From positions 62,620,001 to 62,684,000 of the forward strand of contig OX597828.1 of the NCBI GenBank assembly GCA_951406725.2: DNA of 64,000 bases. The letters are read 5' to 3'. Each line of letters starts with the position of its first letter. The stretch's first letter is position 1. The notes under the pieces are model-generated. The model saw only the letters and a program-made list of their open reading frames with translations, did no database searches and had not been told where the DNA came from. A program made the translations under genes and the position numbers. Below, piece by piece: positions 1 to 14,300 of the stretch. The stretch comes from Octopus vulgaris (taxonomy: Eukaryota).

Positions 1-3000
1 CAGGATGCACAATTTCATTTCATTTCATTTTTTTCCACATAGAATTATTTCCTGATAAAGAAACTACCTCAGCATTGATGTTGTTCTTAGAACTGCTTAT
101 AGAATTTCCTTGCTTCTTCTCAACACCAGCCAAATTGCCAAGTGGACAGACAAGTTTTACATTGTTTTCTTTTCAGCAAAAAAAGAAAAAGACACACAGA
201 CAGCTTTTTCTTGGGCCACAGCAGCATGAAAAACAAAAGAAAAGAAAATCCTCCATCAGCCACGTTGTCTAGACAACCAGATGCAAATGTTTACTTTTGG
301 GGTAGATTTAAGTTTTTGCTCTGAATAATTTATCAAATTTGATGGAAAAACATATTAATTCTGTGAAAATAATACATATAAAATTTCACATTTTAACAGA
401 TTTATACAGTATATCATATACACAACATCCTACAGACATAAGACTAGGTGGACAAAATATGACTGCAGCTCCAGTCTTTATTTGGAAACAAATGACAATA
501 CATTGGAATTGGACCATTTGTTGAAATGAGAAAATCCTTTTCGATATTTTGATTTTTATCATCGAACAGGGTTGAAGCCATTTGGACCTCAAGTGACCCT
601 CTAGTGGGCTGATTGTCGTCCACACAAACTGGACATGGGTTTGGCAAAAAATTTGAAATGAAAATTAAATTAATTTGAAATAAATATTAAATTTTCCTAA
701 GTTCAGCATCTCACAAATACATATATACAGATAAAAGTAATACACAGACAGACACACACACACATATATACACATAGAGGTATAATATACACACACATAT
801 ATGTATACATATACACACAAGCATTGTATTGGTGGTGGTGGTGGTGATGGTGGTGTCGATGGGTCTCATATTTCACTTATCTAAATTTACTCCATATTTT
901 CATTTCAAACAACAAAGGCAGCCAGTGATTCCAGCAACCCCTCCCCCACCTCATTCTGCACCATTCCACCAGTTTCTTTACCATGTGTAAGACATCTTAG
1001 GAAGGTAGAGGGGGGGTCTGTATTTGTCAAACCAGATGTGTCTTTGGCTGAGGTAACCACCACCATCGCCACCATAACCACTTTCCTCGCCCCACCCCAT
1101 CAAGAGTCTCTATGTGGTCATTCAATCTGGTAGAAATAGTAGGCAAATATAGCTTCTTAAACAAATACACATTAGGTAATACATATAGTCGTGGATGGTC
1201 ATGAATGGAAGTCCTTTAAATCTAGGTTTGTTTGATCAGGGTTTATTTGTCTAGGTTTAATCAACATCATGACCTTCTATGCAATAGCAGCCAAATTTCC
1301 CTCAAATCGAAATCTCATTCTCTTAAAAGTGGAGGGACAGACTTGGTAATGGGGTCCAAGATAGACTGTGCCTGGATAAAAAAAAAATAGGATAGCCACA
1401 GCTGAACTGTTCAATTATGACCTGGCCTTGGGCTAATAAACAACACAAGCACCATCATCATAATCAGCATCATTAACCACTTCTGGCTCTGCAATACAAA
1501 TGTCTTGTTTTCATAGGTTCCGAATTAAAATCTTCCACCAAACCTTTATCACAATTTATGTTCCTAACACTAGCTTAATGATAACAAAGTTATTTTAATA
1601 GATTATATTTAAAGTAATTGAAAGAATCACAGAGCATCTCAACAGAAATACAGTAACGAAAGGGTTAATGTCTCTCTCTCTTTCTCTCTCTCTGGTCCAG
1701 CCAATCCACCTGATTTTTGGGGTTTTTTGGGGTTTTTTCCTACCCATGGAAGAAGCGATATCAACAGGCAATCATTTACATCCAAAGTCTCACTGTTTTG
1801 GCAAAAGATGAAAAACATTAAGCTTACCATTAATACACCATATTTTCTTTTTTTTTTTACTCTTTTAATGAAGAGGGAGGGCAGGACTCGTGAACCTGTA
1901 CAAGGCTTCCTTAATCAAAACCCAAGGGAAGGAAGAAGATATTCTTCAAATTTGTGACACAGCCTTAATATTTAGAACATAGGGGATTCCACTTAGTGGC
2001 ACCCAAGGCACCACCAGGTGGCACTGTTAAAGCAGGCAATGGATTAAATCCTCCATCACCCAAGTAGTAATTGGTGGGATCAAAGATGTGGAACAAACAA
2101 CACAAGGTATCAGATCCCTATCCTTATAGTTCTGACAATCCACAGCCCAGGGCTTGGGATCTTTTGGGTTTTTTGCTTGTTTTTTTTTTTACCAACACCA
2201 AAAGTTGACACTGGTGGGAATTGAACTTAGAGTGCGGACAGCTGGAACAAATACCACCAGGTATTTTGTCCAGCTCTCTAACAATTCTACCAAGTCACCA
2301 AATTATGTAACTGTAGCTCATGTGAGTGTTATGCATGCATGTATGTAATGTGTGTGTATATGTATACAAGTGTGTGTTTGTGTATAAATGTGTATATAAA
2401 ATTGCCAAAAACTATTTGAGAGAGGAGGGGGGGGGGGGGTTGGGGTAAGTATTAACCCTTGAAATGCTTCTTTGCAACTGAGAAGAAATCAACTCAAGTG
2501 TATTGCTGACGCCCTCATTGGTAGCGGGGTGGGGGATGAAGGATGTGACCTTCACCGGTGAAGGGTCACTGGATTAATGGAGACTGGGGGGTGGGGTTAA
2601 TGCAACAGTATCAAGTGAAGATATGTAAATAAATACACACACACACATTAACACGCACAATTAAAAATATATATACATACACAGCTTCAAATGCGCGCGC
2701 GCACACACACACACAGGAACGTATAAATGTGTGTGTAATTATAAATGTATGCATATATATACACACACACACACACATTTTAACACTTGTTGCTTCTTCA
2801 TAAATACACACTCATGACCAGAAACACATTTAAAATATAGCTTTATATGCATATACTTATTCTGTGTGTGTGTGTATGTATTTATATATATATATAATTT
2901 TTAAATTACATTATAAATTTGCATTATATATCATATCACATGTGTGAGTATATGTTTATATCTATCATATATATATGTTAGTATTAGGTGTGTGTGTATA

Positions 3001-3639
3001 TATATATATATTGGATGTATGTGTATGTATATATGTACACACACAAACACATTTGTGCTTAGTAGAGATATGCTCTTGATTCCATGTAAGTGTATAGCGA
3101 ATGTGATAGTAATAGAGAACTGACACTAGCGCCACCACCACCACCACCATAACAGCAACCTCACCGACCGACTTACCGATTCTACTGCGTAGTCTTCCTG
3201 TAATTTGCAGACCTGTGAACAGAATCTCAGAGAAACCTGATCCATTTTATCCTCCTGTCACATATCCTGGTCTTTGATATCTGAGACTAGGCTCCAGACA
3301 AATAGATTCAATGTGTTGGATTGCAGAGATAGGTCTCCATGCAGGCTTTACCCACCACCCCCACCAACCGCACCGCACACACACTCGGTGTCCAATTTCA
3401 ACTCAGACCCAGAGTTTGTGTCTCTCGAAAACTCATGGAGACACAAGATATCAGAAATTAATTTTTTTAATCCTATCATTTTGTAACCCATTTTCCTATC
3501 ATCATCATCATCTATATACATATATATATATTTGTGGTTTGAAGTTCTATCCCATTGCATGGCACCTTGAGCAACTCACTTCTACTATATCCACGAGCCA
3601 ACTAATGTCTTGTGAATGAATTTCATAGATGCAAACTGT

Positions 3640-4280
3640 GAGGCTGTGTGGTAAGAAGTTTGCTTCCCAACCACATGGTTCCGGGTTCAATCCCACTGCA
3701 TGGCATCTTGAAGCAAGTGTCTTCTATAGTTTAAGGTTGGCCAAAGCCTTGTGAGTGGATTTGAGAGTCAGAAACTGAAAGAAGCCCATCATAGGTGCAG
3801 GCGTGGATGTGTGGTAAGTAGCTTGCTTACCAATCAAAAGGTTCCAGGTTCAGTCTCACTGCGTGGCACTTTGGGCAAGTGTCTTCTACTTTAGCCTCAG
3901 GCTGACCAAAGCTTTGTGAGTGGATATAGTAGACAGAAACTGAAAAGAAGCCCTTCGTATATGTATGTGTATATATATATATATATATACATATACTTGC
4001 CGAACCACCAAGTTACGGGGGACATTGGTTGTCAAGCGATGGTGGTGGGGGCAAACACACACACACATATATACATATATATGTATATGTGTGTGTGTCC
4101 CCACCACCATCGCTTGACAACCAATGTCAGTGTGTTTATGTCCCCGTAACTTGGTGGTTCAGCAAAAGACCGATAGAAAAAGTATTAGGCTTACAAAGAA
4201 TAAGTCCTCAGGTCGATTTGTTTGACTGAAGGTGATGCTCCAGCATGGCCGCAGTCAAATGACTGAAACAAATAAAAGAA
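3640..4280 (+). mobile_element. Two tandem heads plus tail of an abundant tRNA-derived SINE (further copies at ~13155-13310, 19180-19530, 41870-42290, 62066-62950)
   Basis: A/B-box-like head (TGTGTGGTAAG...GGTTCAGTCCC), internal (TA)/(TG) linker, tail ending CAGCATGGCCGCAGTCAAATGACTGAAACAA. Confidence 0.85.
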
Positions 4281-7200
4281 TATACAGACACATAAACACA
4301 TATTTGTGTGTGTCACTGTCTCGTTGCCTTGACACAGCTTGATAGTTGTGAGTGTCCTTCATTTCCAATCTTTGGAGATGTGTCTGGTCATTGGGAGATA
4401 TTGTATCGCCTTGGAAAGTGGTGAATGTTGGTGACAGGAAGAGCATCCCAGCCAGAGGAAATCCACCTCAACAAATTCCGTCCAACTTCTTAAGGAACAT
4501 GGAGAAAATAAGGACATTGAGCCATAGAGACCAAGCCAAAAGGAAATGCAGGTTGGGGCCCTTCTGATCTATTTGCTAAGTGAGGCAGACCAAACCCATG
4601 TCAACATGCACAGTAAATGTACCATGATGATGGTGATGATGATGATGACGGCACCCACTTCTACAATGTGGTTATTGTCTGTTGTTGTGGAAAGTTGTCC
4701 TGATTTGAAAATATCTCCAGTAGAAAGCCTTCACAATCGAAAATGGTGGCACCACCTGTTGACATACCGCTCACCCCACCACCCAAACCCCATAAGGACA
4801 GTCTCAGTGAAAGTCTGCCCCTCCCCTCCATTCCAAAACACCAATACTGCTTTAAAAGACAAAGGCCACTGAACAGTAGACAAGATGGTCTTGGTTGGAA
4901 TACCTCTGGTCATAGATTTGCTGTAGCTGGGCCAACTAAGCCACAGATCTCTCAATAATAATAAAAATCCTTTCTACTACAGGTACAAAGCCTGAAATTT
5001 TGGGGTGAGGGTCCAGTTGATTATATTGACCCCAGTACGCAACTTATATTTATTTTATTGACACCCCCCCCCTCCTAAAAGGATGAAAGGTAAAGTCAAC
5101 CTCAGCAGAATTTGAACTCAAAACGTAAAGATGAACAAAATACCGAGTGTGCTGATAGATTCTATCAGCCTGCTTCCTTAATAATAATAATAATAACAAT
5201 CCTTTCTATTTGGGCACAAGGTTGGAAATTGTGGGGAAGGGGGTTTAATCGATTGCATCAACCCCCAGTATTCAACTGGTACTTATTTTATTGACCCCAA
5301 AAAGATGAACAGTAAAGCCAACCTCAGCGGAGTTTGAACTCAAAACGTAAAGATGTCTCTTAACGTTCTGCCAGCTATTTGCCTTGATAATGATGATGAT
5401 GATGATGATGATGAACTTCAGTCATGCCACGCTACCCATGATGCATCACTATTCATATTTAAAAAGCCAATTTTCTACATACGCTGATTACGACCGTAAA
5501 AAAATGTCTCCATGCCTGGCATGCACGACGACAAGGGTTCGAGTTGATCCGGTCAACAGAACAGACTGCAAGTGGAAGAGCACTCCACAGACACACCACT
5601 CTTAATGTAGTTCCCTGGGAAATTGAGCATGACACAGAACGGGACAAGGCCGGCCCTTTGAATTAAGGGTGCAATTCGTTTTTACCAGCTGAGTAGATTG
5701 GAACAACGTGAAATAAGGTGCCTTACCCAAGGACATAATGCACCATCGAGAATCGAACTTACGACCTTACAACCTTGAGCCGAATACCCCGAACCATTAA
5801 ACTATACACAGACACCCACTGTGTCGCTTGAGCAACTGACTTTCAACCAAGGGACGTAACTCTTGCAGCAAATATTGCTATGAAAATCTCAACTAGTATA
5901 CGCGCGCGCGTATGGGGTGGGTGGGTATTATACTAATGCTGTGTAAATAACAACCTCTTTCTCTCCTTCTGTTCCCACTCAGTTACTGTTTGGAAAGGCA
6001 TTAACACCCCTACACCACACCTTCTCTCAGAAAATGTGACACCATGCTTCTATCAGCAGTCTTTAATGAACGCCACAGCATCCTGTTTCCCTTCCTCTCT
6101 AACTGCTTTGTGATATCACCTTTGTCGTTATCACATCCACTTTACCATATTTGCATGGGTCAGGCAGAATTCATCGAGTCAGATTTCATACAGCTGGATG
6201 CCCTTCCTGTCACCTAGCCTCACCTGTTTCCAAACAACATTTCCCTGGGGCCAGAGATGCTCTGGATACAAACAGCTTTGCTTATGTCTCAATGATGCTT
6301 GTTTACAACCATAACAAGATGTCAAGACAAGAGTATACACACACACACACACAACAAGTTTCTTTCAGATTATAAACTAATTACAAATTGAAACAGTGAG
6401 TCTCAGTGTGTGCTGCCCCTGCGTCACACTGTGCCTGGTAAGTCATGGGGATTAGACAGTCACTACAGAAGCAACTGCTGTTGTCATCATTGAACACGTA
6501 ATATCATTATCCTCATTATTGATCTGAAACTGAATCCGTTTAAATGATAAACAATCCATTTTCTATTGGAAAATATTGGCAGTGTGTTTGTGGTGGTGGT
6601 CATGGCAGAGTGTATTGCTTAGCCCAGAGGCCCAGGCCAGGGACATAAAATTATGGATTCATTCATTCCTAATCCAGCAAACATAACTGAAGGCCTTCCA
6701 CCCATGACTCTCCTGTGTGTGTTTTAAGCTTAGTTTATTTAGAACTACATTATCTAAAGTATTCACTTTGTTTAAACCTATATAAGTTCCAACCAATCTG
6801 TGATCAAAGATATTCCAACTGTAACCATTTTGTTCCCCAGTTTTATTTCAATCATAATGTACCTAAGAGTACATTGTCCAGATGTTGATCATGTGTTAAG
6901 ACTGTCAGACAGTGGTGGAGGGGGGATGAAAAAGAAGAACCATTTTAAGCCATGTCCACACTTTAATTTCTTTAATAATCTTATTATTATTGTGATACTT
7001 CCATGTAGACACATCTCTTTCAATTTTACTCTCAGGCATTCTTTTTTATAATATTAATATTGCAGGGAGAGATTTTTTTTGTTTTACCAAATTCCAATGC
7101 ATGTCATTGCTGATACATGTTATAAGCACACCACCATCCTGTTTGTTTGCTTACTCAAGCCCTTCACTTCCCATGGAGCGTACATCCTCAATAACTTGTT

Positions 7201-7600
7201 CTTGTCTCTAGGCTGTCTTTTCTAGTTCGCTTCTCCTTGCTTCTTGTTGCTTTTCCATCATCATCGATGCTTCTTGAATTTTGCTTTTGTTAACCCCAAT
7301 TTTTTTCAGTGTTCATTTACCAGTCTGGCACCAACCTGTTGACCTGTCCAACCTGAATGGTCCTGCAAGGAGTTTGTGCTCCTCCTCTGATACAGTTCTT
7401 AGGGTCATTGATATACACAGGCCACCACACCACAAAAAGCACTTTTGGAGTGGCACTCTCCAATCAAAGCCAGAGTAATTTGAAGTGGGAGATTTTGCTC
7501 TTCTTTTTGTTTATTTGTGTTTGTTAACCACATTGCATTGTTTTTATTTTAACAAAACTCCATTGACTCTTCTAATATGTTTAATTTTTCTTTCTTTCAG

Positions 7601-9789
7601 CCTACAACAAAGAGAATTTGCCGTCTGGTTACATTATCTGTGCCTGGTGCCAGAAGCCCGGTCTCAAGTTGTTCACTCTAAAGACATTGAATGGTTCGAA
7701 AGTCTTTTGTAGCGAGGTCTGTTTCACTCAGTGCCGCCGTGCATCATTCAAGAAAAACAAAATTTGTGACTGGTGCAAGCATGTCCGTCATACAGTGAAC
7801 TACGTCGACTTCCAGGACGGGGAGCAGCAATTGCAGTTCTGTAGTGAGAAATGTCTCAATCAATACAAGATGAACATTTTCTGTCAGGAAACCCAGGAAC
7901 ATTTGCAACAGATCCAGTCGTCTTTGGACACCAATTCCTCTTCTAATGGTGTTCCTGATGACAAACAGATTCTCATTACTCCAGACCTCTGGTTACAAGA
8001 AGATATTGCACGGCGCAGTAAAAAGCTGAGAGTTTCTGATGAAGCTAGGAACATTAATAAAGCAAAAGACTCTACTGAGAAGCATAAAAACCTGTCCAGT
8101 CATATCGACAATCCAGAAAGTTCAGCTTCATCCAATTCACATGATAAACATGCTGATAAGTTCAATGTAGATAAGTCCCTTAAAGAAAGATTAGTTAAAC
8201 GGATTCACAAAGACCCTCCTAGCCACACAACGAGTCCAGCAGTGACCCCTTTACCAAAGCGTCCACCTCAGCCACCAGCACAACTAATCCCACCCATGTT
8301 TCCCACCCCTGCAGCCATGAATAACTGGTGGCACCAAGCACAGATGATGGCCTCCCTTGGACCGAGTTATCCAGCTTTTGGTGGATTTCCTCCAATGGTT
8401 TACCCAGGGGTCTTTAATCCTCCATATACTCCCATCATGCCAGGTACTGCTGCTCCACCCATACCTGAAACCTCTCGACCTCACAGTCGCCACGTCAGTA
8501 ATGCCTCTTCAACACCTGGTCCGTCTCTCACACCAAATGCCTCTGCTTCCCCTGATATCTCTCAGACACACTCTCAGAGCCCTAATGTGGTCCCTAACAC
8601 ATCAAACAAAGCTTCAACAATTCCTAGAACTCACCACTTCCTACCCCCAATGTGGCCACCTGGATACCCCATGATGCCCTTTCCTCCACCCCAGATGACC
8701 CAGTCAGGTGACACTAGCACTGCCCCTGGCCCACACCCCACTATGCCTACTTTCCCAATGCCGGCCCCTAACTGGACATCCTTAGGTATCCCTCCTCAGA
8801 CAGTTATTATCCCTTTTCCTTTCCTCATCCCTCTACCGTTTCCGGTACCAATCCCTATTCCTGTACCAATGAAAGCAGAACAGATTGAGAAGTTATTGAA
8901 GCAGACGTCCAGCACCTCGACGACGACGACGACGACCAACAACAACAACAACAACAGCAGCAGCAGCAGCCAGAAGGAAGAGGAAACATCTTCGGAATGT
9001 GAAGATGTCAAACCTCGGAATCTAACAGAACATCTCAGTCTGAACCAGAACTACAATATGAACGGCAACAGAAGTAGCAGCAGCAGTATCAGCAGCAGCA
9101 ACAGTATGGAGATGACGGTGCAGATGCGCAACCGCATGGCAACGACAGTTGGTAAAAATGTTCCAAAAGAGTGTGTCACATGTGCATCGTTCCAGACGCC
9201 AAGCAAAAGCAACTTGTTGCCACGGCCAAGCTCTGTGTTATCCATCAAGAGTGACTCGCACTTGTTACAGTCAGAGATGATCAATGTAAAACGTCCACCA
9301 ACTCCGGCCAGTGTTGGTTCTCTTGACTCTCCAAAGAAAGTGCGTCACGAGTTGATGACTAATTCTGACTATTCTATAAATGATGAAGTGATAGATTTGT
9401 CCAAGGACAGCGGTCGAGAGAGCATTTCCAGAGATATTCACTCACCTCATATACAAACATTAAAAAAACAGAAAGCAACTTCCAGCTCTGTCCGTTCCCT
9501 CTCAGTTCCTCCTTTATCTGTCTCAGAGACTTCAGATTCACACTTAGCTTTACATGTCCCAAAAATCCACATTGTTTCCACACCCAAAGACCCGCCTCTG
9601 TCCCAACAGCTGCCCTTACCGCCCACTGATCATGCCTATTCGCTGCGGCGTGGTCTGATACTGGACGCTCCCAGTGTGCCAAAGCGACCAAAGAGCCCTT
9701 CCCCAGAAAGAAGGAACTACATCCGCAGTATGCCACGTGATATCATGGAAGCACGTCGGTGTCTGCGAACAAGAATTAAAACCAAATGA
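7601..9789 (+). CDS. SOBP: Sine oculis-binding protein homolog, large terminal coding exon (5' exons not identified in window)
   Basis: 723-aa ORF preceded by a strong acceptor (tttttctttctttcag, ends 7600). Two FCS-type zinc fingers (CAWCQK...FCSEVC; CDWCKHVRHTVNYVDFQDGEQQLQFCSEKCLNQYKMNIF), Pro-rich PFPFLIPLPFPVPIPIPVP box, DHAY motif and basic C-terminus RRCLRTRIKTK, all recognisable SOBP features. Confidence 0.93.
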
Positions 9790-9869
9790 ACCATAATGCA
9801 ACTCACCCATGATCAAAACAGACTGAACAAACAATTATATAATACAGTTCTTATCACAAGGATGCTGAG

Positions 9870-11358
9870 TGCCAGAATCTGTAGCGATGTCCCTTAACAT
9901 TCTGAGATCAAACCACACACCACTGTCAACTTTTTTTCCAAGGTCGATACAATCAATTACCAGTTAAATACTGAGATGAAAATTCAATCACCCACGCCAA
10001 CCTTCAAAATCTAGCCTTGGGCCTACATTAGAAATAATCAGTATTATTATTATTATTAGCACTAAGACAGTGAGTTTGCAGAAACGGTAAGGCACCAGAC
10101 TAAATGCTTCATGGTATTTAGATTATTTTTTATCCCTCCATCTACATTCTGATATCAGATCTCATTGAGGTCGACTTTGCCTTTTATCACTCCAGGTGGC
10201 GGAAGGGTGAGGGATGGTCAATAAACTAAAATACCAGTTATGTACTGGGGTTCTTTCAATCAATTATACCTCCTTCCACCCCACCACTTGCCTCAAACAA
10301 TTGGCCTCATGCCTCACTAATAAATCATTATTGTTATTACTATCATTATTATTATTATTATCATGTCACCAAAGACTAAGGTCTTTCACTCCACGTACAC
10401 AATTTATATGAATACACAGCAAAAGCAACAACAACAACTACCACTACAGTACATTGAACAAAGAAATTAAGTTCTTAGTTATTTTTAAGCTGTGGAAACT
10501 GGTTGGTTCTTCCAGAGGAAAATTTCATCAAATTTTGCAGACAAAATCTTCAGCAACCACAATACCTATTCCATCTCACAGAACTTAAACATAAAATTTC
10601 TACTGTGGAAAAACAGTTATATATTAATTTGGGGAAATACCAAATTTATTTTTGTTGTTTTAAATTTTGTTGAGTATTTTTGTTTTTCTTTCTTTTTTTT
10701 TTGTATATTTAAAAAAAAAAAAGTCAAGTCAGAAGAGGGATTTTTTGGTTGTTATAGTGGGTGTGTCATAGTGGGCGTGTCTGTGGGAGGGAACAACCTC
10801 ACCAGCCATTCACCACACCCCAACTCAGCTAACCACTCCTTCCTCCCACCTCCACTTCAAACACAGTTTATGACATATTGGGTTTTCTTTTTTATAGCCT
10901 TTATTTTCTCTTTAATTTCAGAAACATGGCTAATGTATATTTAATATATCAAATATTGCCTTATTTTTTTTTTTGTTTTTTTTTATTGTTAAGGCAGTGA
11001 ACTGGCAGAATCGTTAACATGTCAGACAAAATGCAGAGTGGCGTTTCTTCTAGCTTTACATTCTGAGTTCAAATTTCACCGAGGTTAAACTTTGCCTGTC
11101 ATCTTTTCAGAGTCGATTAAATAAATACCAGTTGAGTACTGGGGTCAGTGTAATCAGCCAGCTCCCTCCCCTAAAATTTCAGATGCCTCCCACCAATAGT
11201 AGAAAGGATTATTATTGCCTTAGAGCAGTGTTTCTCAACCTTTTTACCCTTGTGTAACCCTTAAAATAAATTACATGTCTCAAGGAAACCCTACTCAAAA
11301 AAAATTATATATCTTATCTTATATTTTTTTCATCGTTGTTCACATGGTAAATATCATA

Positions 11359-11392
<34 letters not shown>

Positions 11393-14300
11393 ATATAGGG
11401 TGTCCATAAATTACAGACATCACTAAATATATCCCCAATGGTAGTTTATAATAGGTTAGATAGGATGGTGTCTATATTACAATAACCAATGATATACTGT
11501 GCATGTATAGTATTATTACAATCATGAAGTCAGCATTAGCTTATCTCACTCTTACTCGTGGAACCCTAGGGTTCCAGGGAACCCCGGTTGAGAAACGCTG
11601 CCTTAGAGCATCAGGCAACTGTACCACACCACCCCTCCCATAGACACTAAACACTGACTAAGGAATTGTGCACCCAGTTTAGAAATTGCGTTTTTGTTGA
11701 ACAGAGCAAACTAGCAGAATTGTTAGCATGCTTTTTGTCTGACTTAGCATTTTGAGTTCAAATTCTGCCAAGGTCAAATTTGCCTTTTGTCCTCTCAGGA
11801 TCAATAAGTACAAATCAAATACTAAAATTGATTACATCAATTTCACTTCCCTTCAAAGAAAAACTGCTGGCCTTGTATTAAAATTTGAATAATTATAATT
11901 ATTGTTGTCAATTTAAGATCATTTAATTCCTTAGTTTTGCGGCTTCACTTTAGTTGTTATATAATGATGCTATTGGGAAAGCCATGAACATCACAACTTA
12001 TTTCCCCCTCATCATCGACTCTATTATTGCCATTATTATTATTACGCAAAACTTCACTGGATTTCTGTCAGATCTGGACAAACCAATTCCGTTTCCCCAG
12101 TTGCAGTTCTAACTTATCTTTCACCTTTGTTTACGTTGCTAAAGATCTAAAGGCATGAACTTCACTGCTTCACTTCTCTCCTGCCTCTACACTATCATTA
12201 CCATCACCATTATTATCATTAGAAAAATATTCATTTCAGGGATTCAATGAAATAAAGTCCTGGGGGATGATTTTTATCTACTGGTCCCCTCACTTCAAAA
12301 TTCTAGGTGCTGTACTTAAATCAGAAAATTATTATTATTAAAAAGCAGTGAACTGGTTCAGTTAATTGCAAGTTAAAATAAACACTTAACAGCATTTATT
12401 CTGACATTTATATTTTGAGTTTAATCCTTTCATGGTTGAGGAAATAAAGGCCAGCTGAGCCCTGGGTCGATGTCGTGAACTTAATCCCCCACCTTCAAAT
12501 TGATGGCCTTGTGCAAGAATTTGAAAGCTTTATGATTATGAAAACAAAAATTGGAATACCAGAAAGGAATGTCAGTATTTTTTTGTTAGGTTCCTGTCTA
12601 GGCTTTGAGTTCAAATCCAGCTGAAGTTACCTTTTATTCTATTGGAGTGGAATGGTGAAAATAACAAGTACCAGTCATATGTTGGTGTTCAGCTAATTGA
12701 ATTTCGACCCTTCTGGTCAACCATCAATATTCACACTTGTAAAATTGCACTTGTAGTATACACATTTCCCACATTATATTTATTTACTTTTTTATATGTA
12801 TATATAATCACGCACAAATATATACACACACACACACACACACACGTATACAAACATACACTTTTGTTTTGTTTTTTATTTTTACTTTAATTCATTTGTT
12901 CTATTTTGGTCGTTTCGGTAATTTAGTTTTAAAACTCCAAAATGGCTGCCACAAGAAAAAGGCAGCACAAAAGTGACCCTAAAAACACTAATCACCTGAT
13001 GGATCAGCAGAATCGGTGGAGCAACTCAGACTAATGAGCTCACTGTATTCTAATTGTCTGAATTAATCCTTTCTATGTAATTCTTGGGATGGGACAGTTT
13101 AAGAGTGGAACCCCTTAACTTCTCTTCATTCCTTTCTCTATAGAACTCTAACAGATGTGGCTGGGTGGTGAAGAAGTTTGTTTCCCAACCACATGGTGTC
13201 AGGTTCAGTCCCGCTGCTCGGTACCTTAGGCAAGCGTCTTCTCTATACTTCCAGACTGACAAAATCCTTGTGAATGGATTTGAAAGTCGGAAGCTGAAAG
13301 TTGTTTTTTGGGGGGTTTTTTGTGTGTGTGTGTGTGTTTCGTTCTCTTGATAATTGTAAATAAGTGTCATGAGGCAGTGTCATTCATCTCCAATTTGCCA
13401 TGAAAGTATGTCTGGTCATGAGGAAATATTATGTTGCATGGAAACAGGTGAGGGTTGATGACAGGAAGGGCATCCAGCCATAGAAAATCTTCCCCATTAA
13501 ACTCCATGCAAGCATGGAAAAGTGGATGTTAAAACGATAATGATGAGGATGACAGTATGCATTTCTGTTCCTAAGGTCTCGTCTCCTGATTGTTCCACAA
13601 AATTTCCGCAGCCAAGCTCTTACCATTCTTCTTCATACCGTTGTCACAGTTTCCTCACAATTTGATTCTCTGTGATATAAAACATAAAACCCTCCCCCTT
13701 TTTCTTTTAGCTTTTACTCCTAGAGACACCAGCAGACCCTTACCTCAGTTTTTTAACACAGCATGCAGCACAAAACATGTGCTAAGAAGTGAACACATAA
13801 ATGGGTTGCTATGACAACTTCTGTCAATAAACTTGCACCAATATAACTAGACTGGGCAGGTCCAATCCAGAGTGGGGGAGGCCATGCCCAACCACTGTGA
13901 GGAACCCTGGGTGCTTTGAGCAAAAATGGTTTTAACTGAAAGCTAGAACTTGTCATTCCAAGTTTAAATGCATTTTATGAAGCATATATGTTGGTAAATT
14001 AGAAGCAGCAGGAATATTTTGATGTGTGCATCACAAATAACAGCAACTGCACAGCTGCACACATGGGTGCTTAAGAGCTGAACATTCAGAGTTCCAATTT
14101 TACCCAGGGCAACTGTTTTAAGTACTTTCTGATTTAAAAAAAAATAGCAGTGAAATACTAGGGACCAATATAATCAACTGCACCCCTACTCCTTCTCCTT
14201 CTCCGCCTGACATTTGGCAAGTGGTGGTGGTGGTGTGGGGGGGTCTTGTGCCAGTTGTTAAGTCATAATAATTTCTAATATAGGTGCAAAACCAGAAATT

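Noticed and set aside
43-324. Possible upstream SOBP exon
   Set aside because: No SOBP N-terminal motif (NELLGWYGY-like) and weak donors.
10492-10944. 150-aa hydrophobic ORF after SOBP
   Set aside because: T-rich low-complexity UTR-like sequence, non-ATG start, no recognisable domain.
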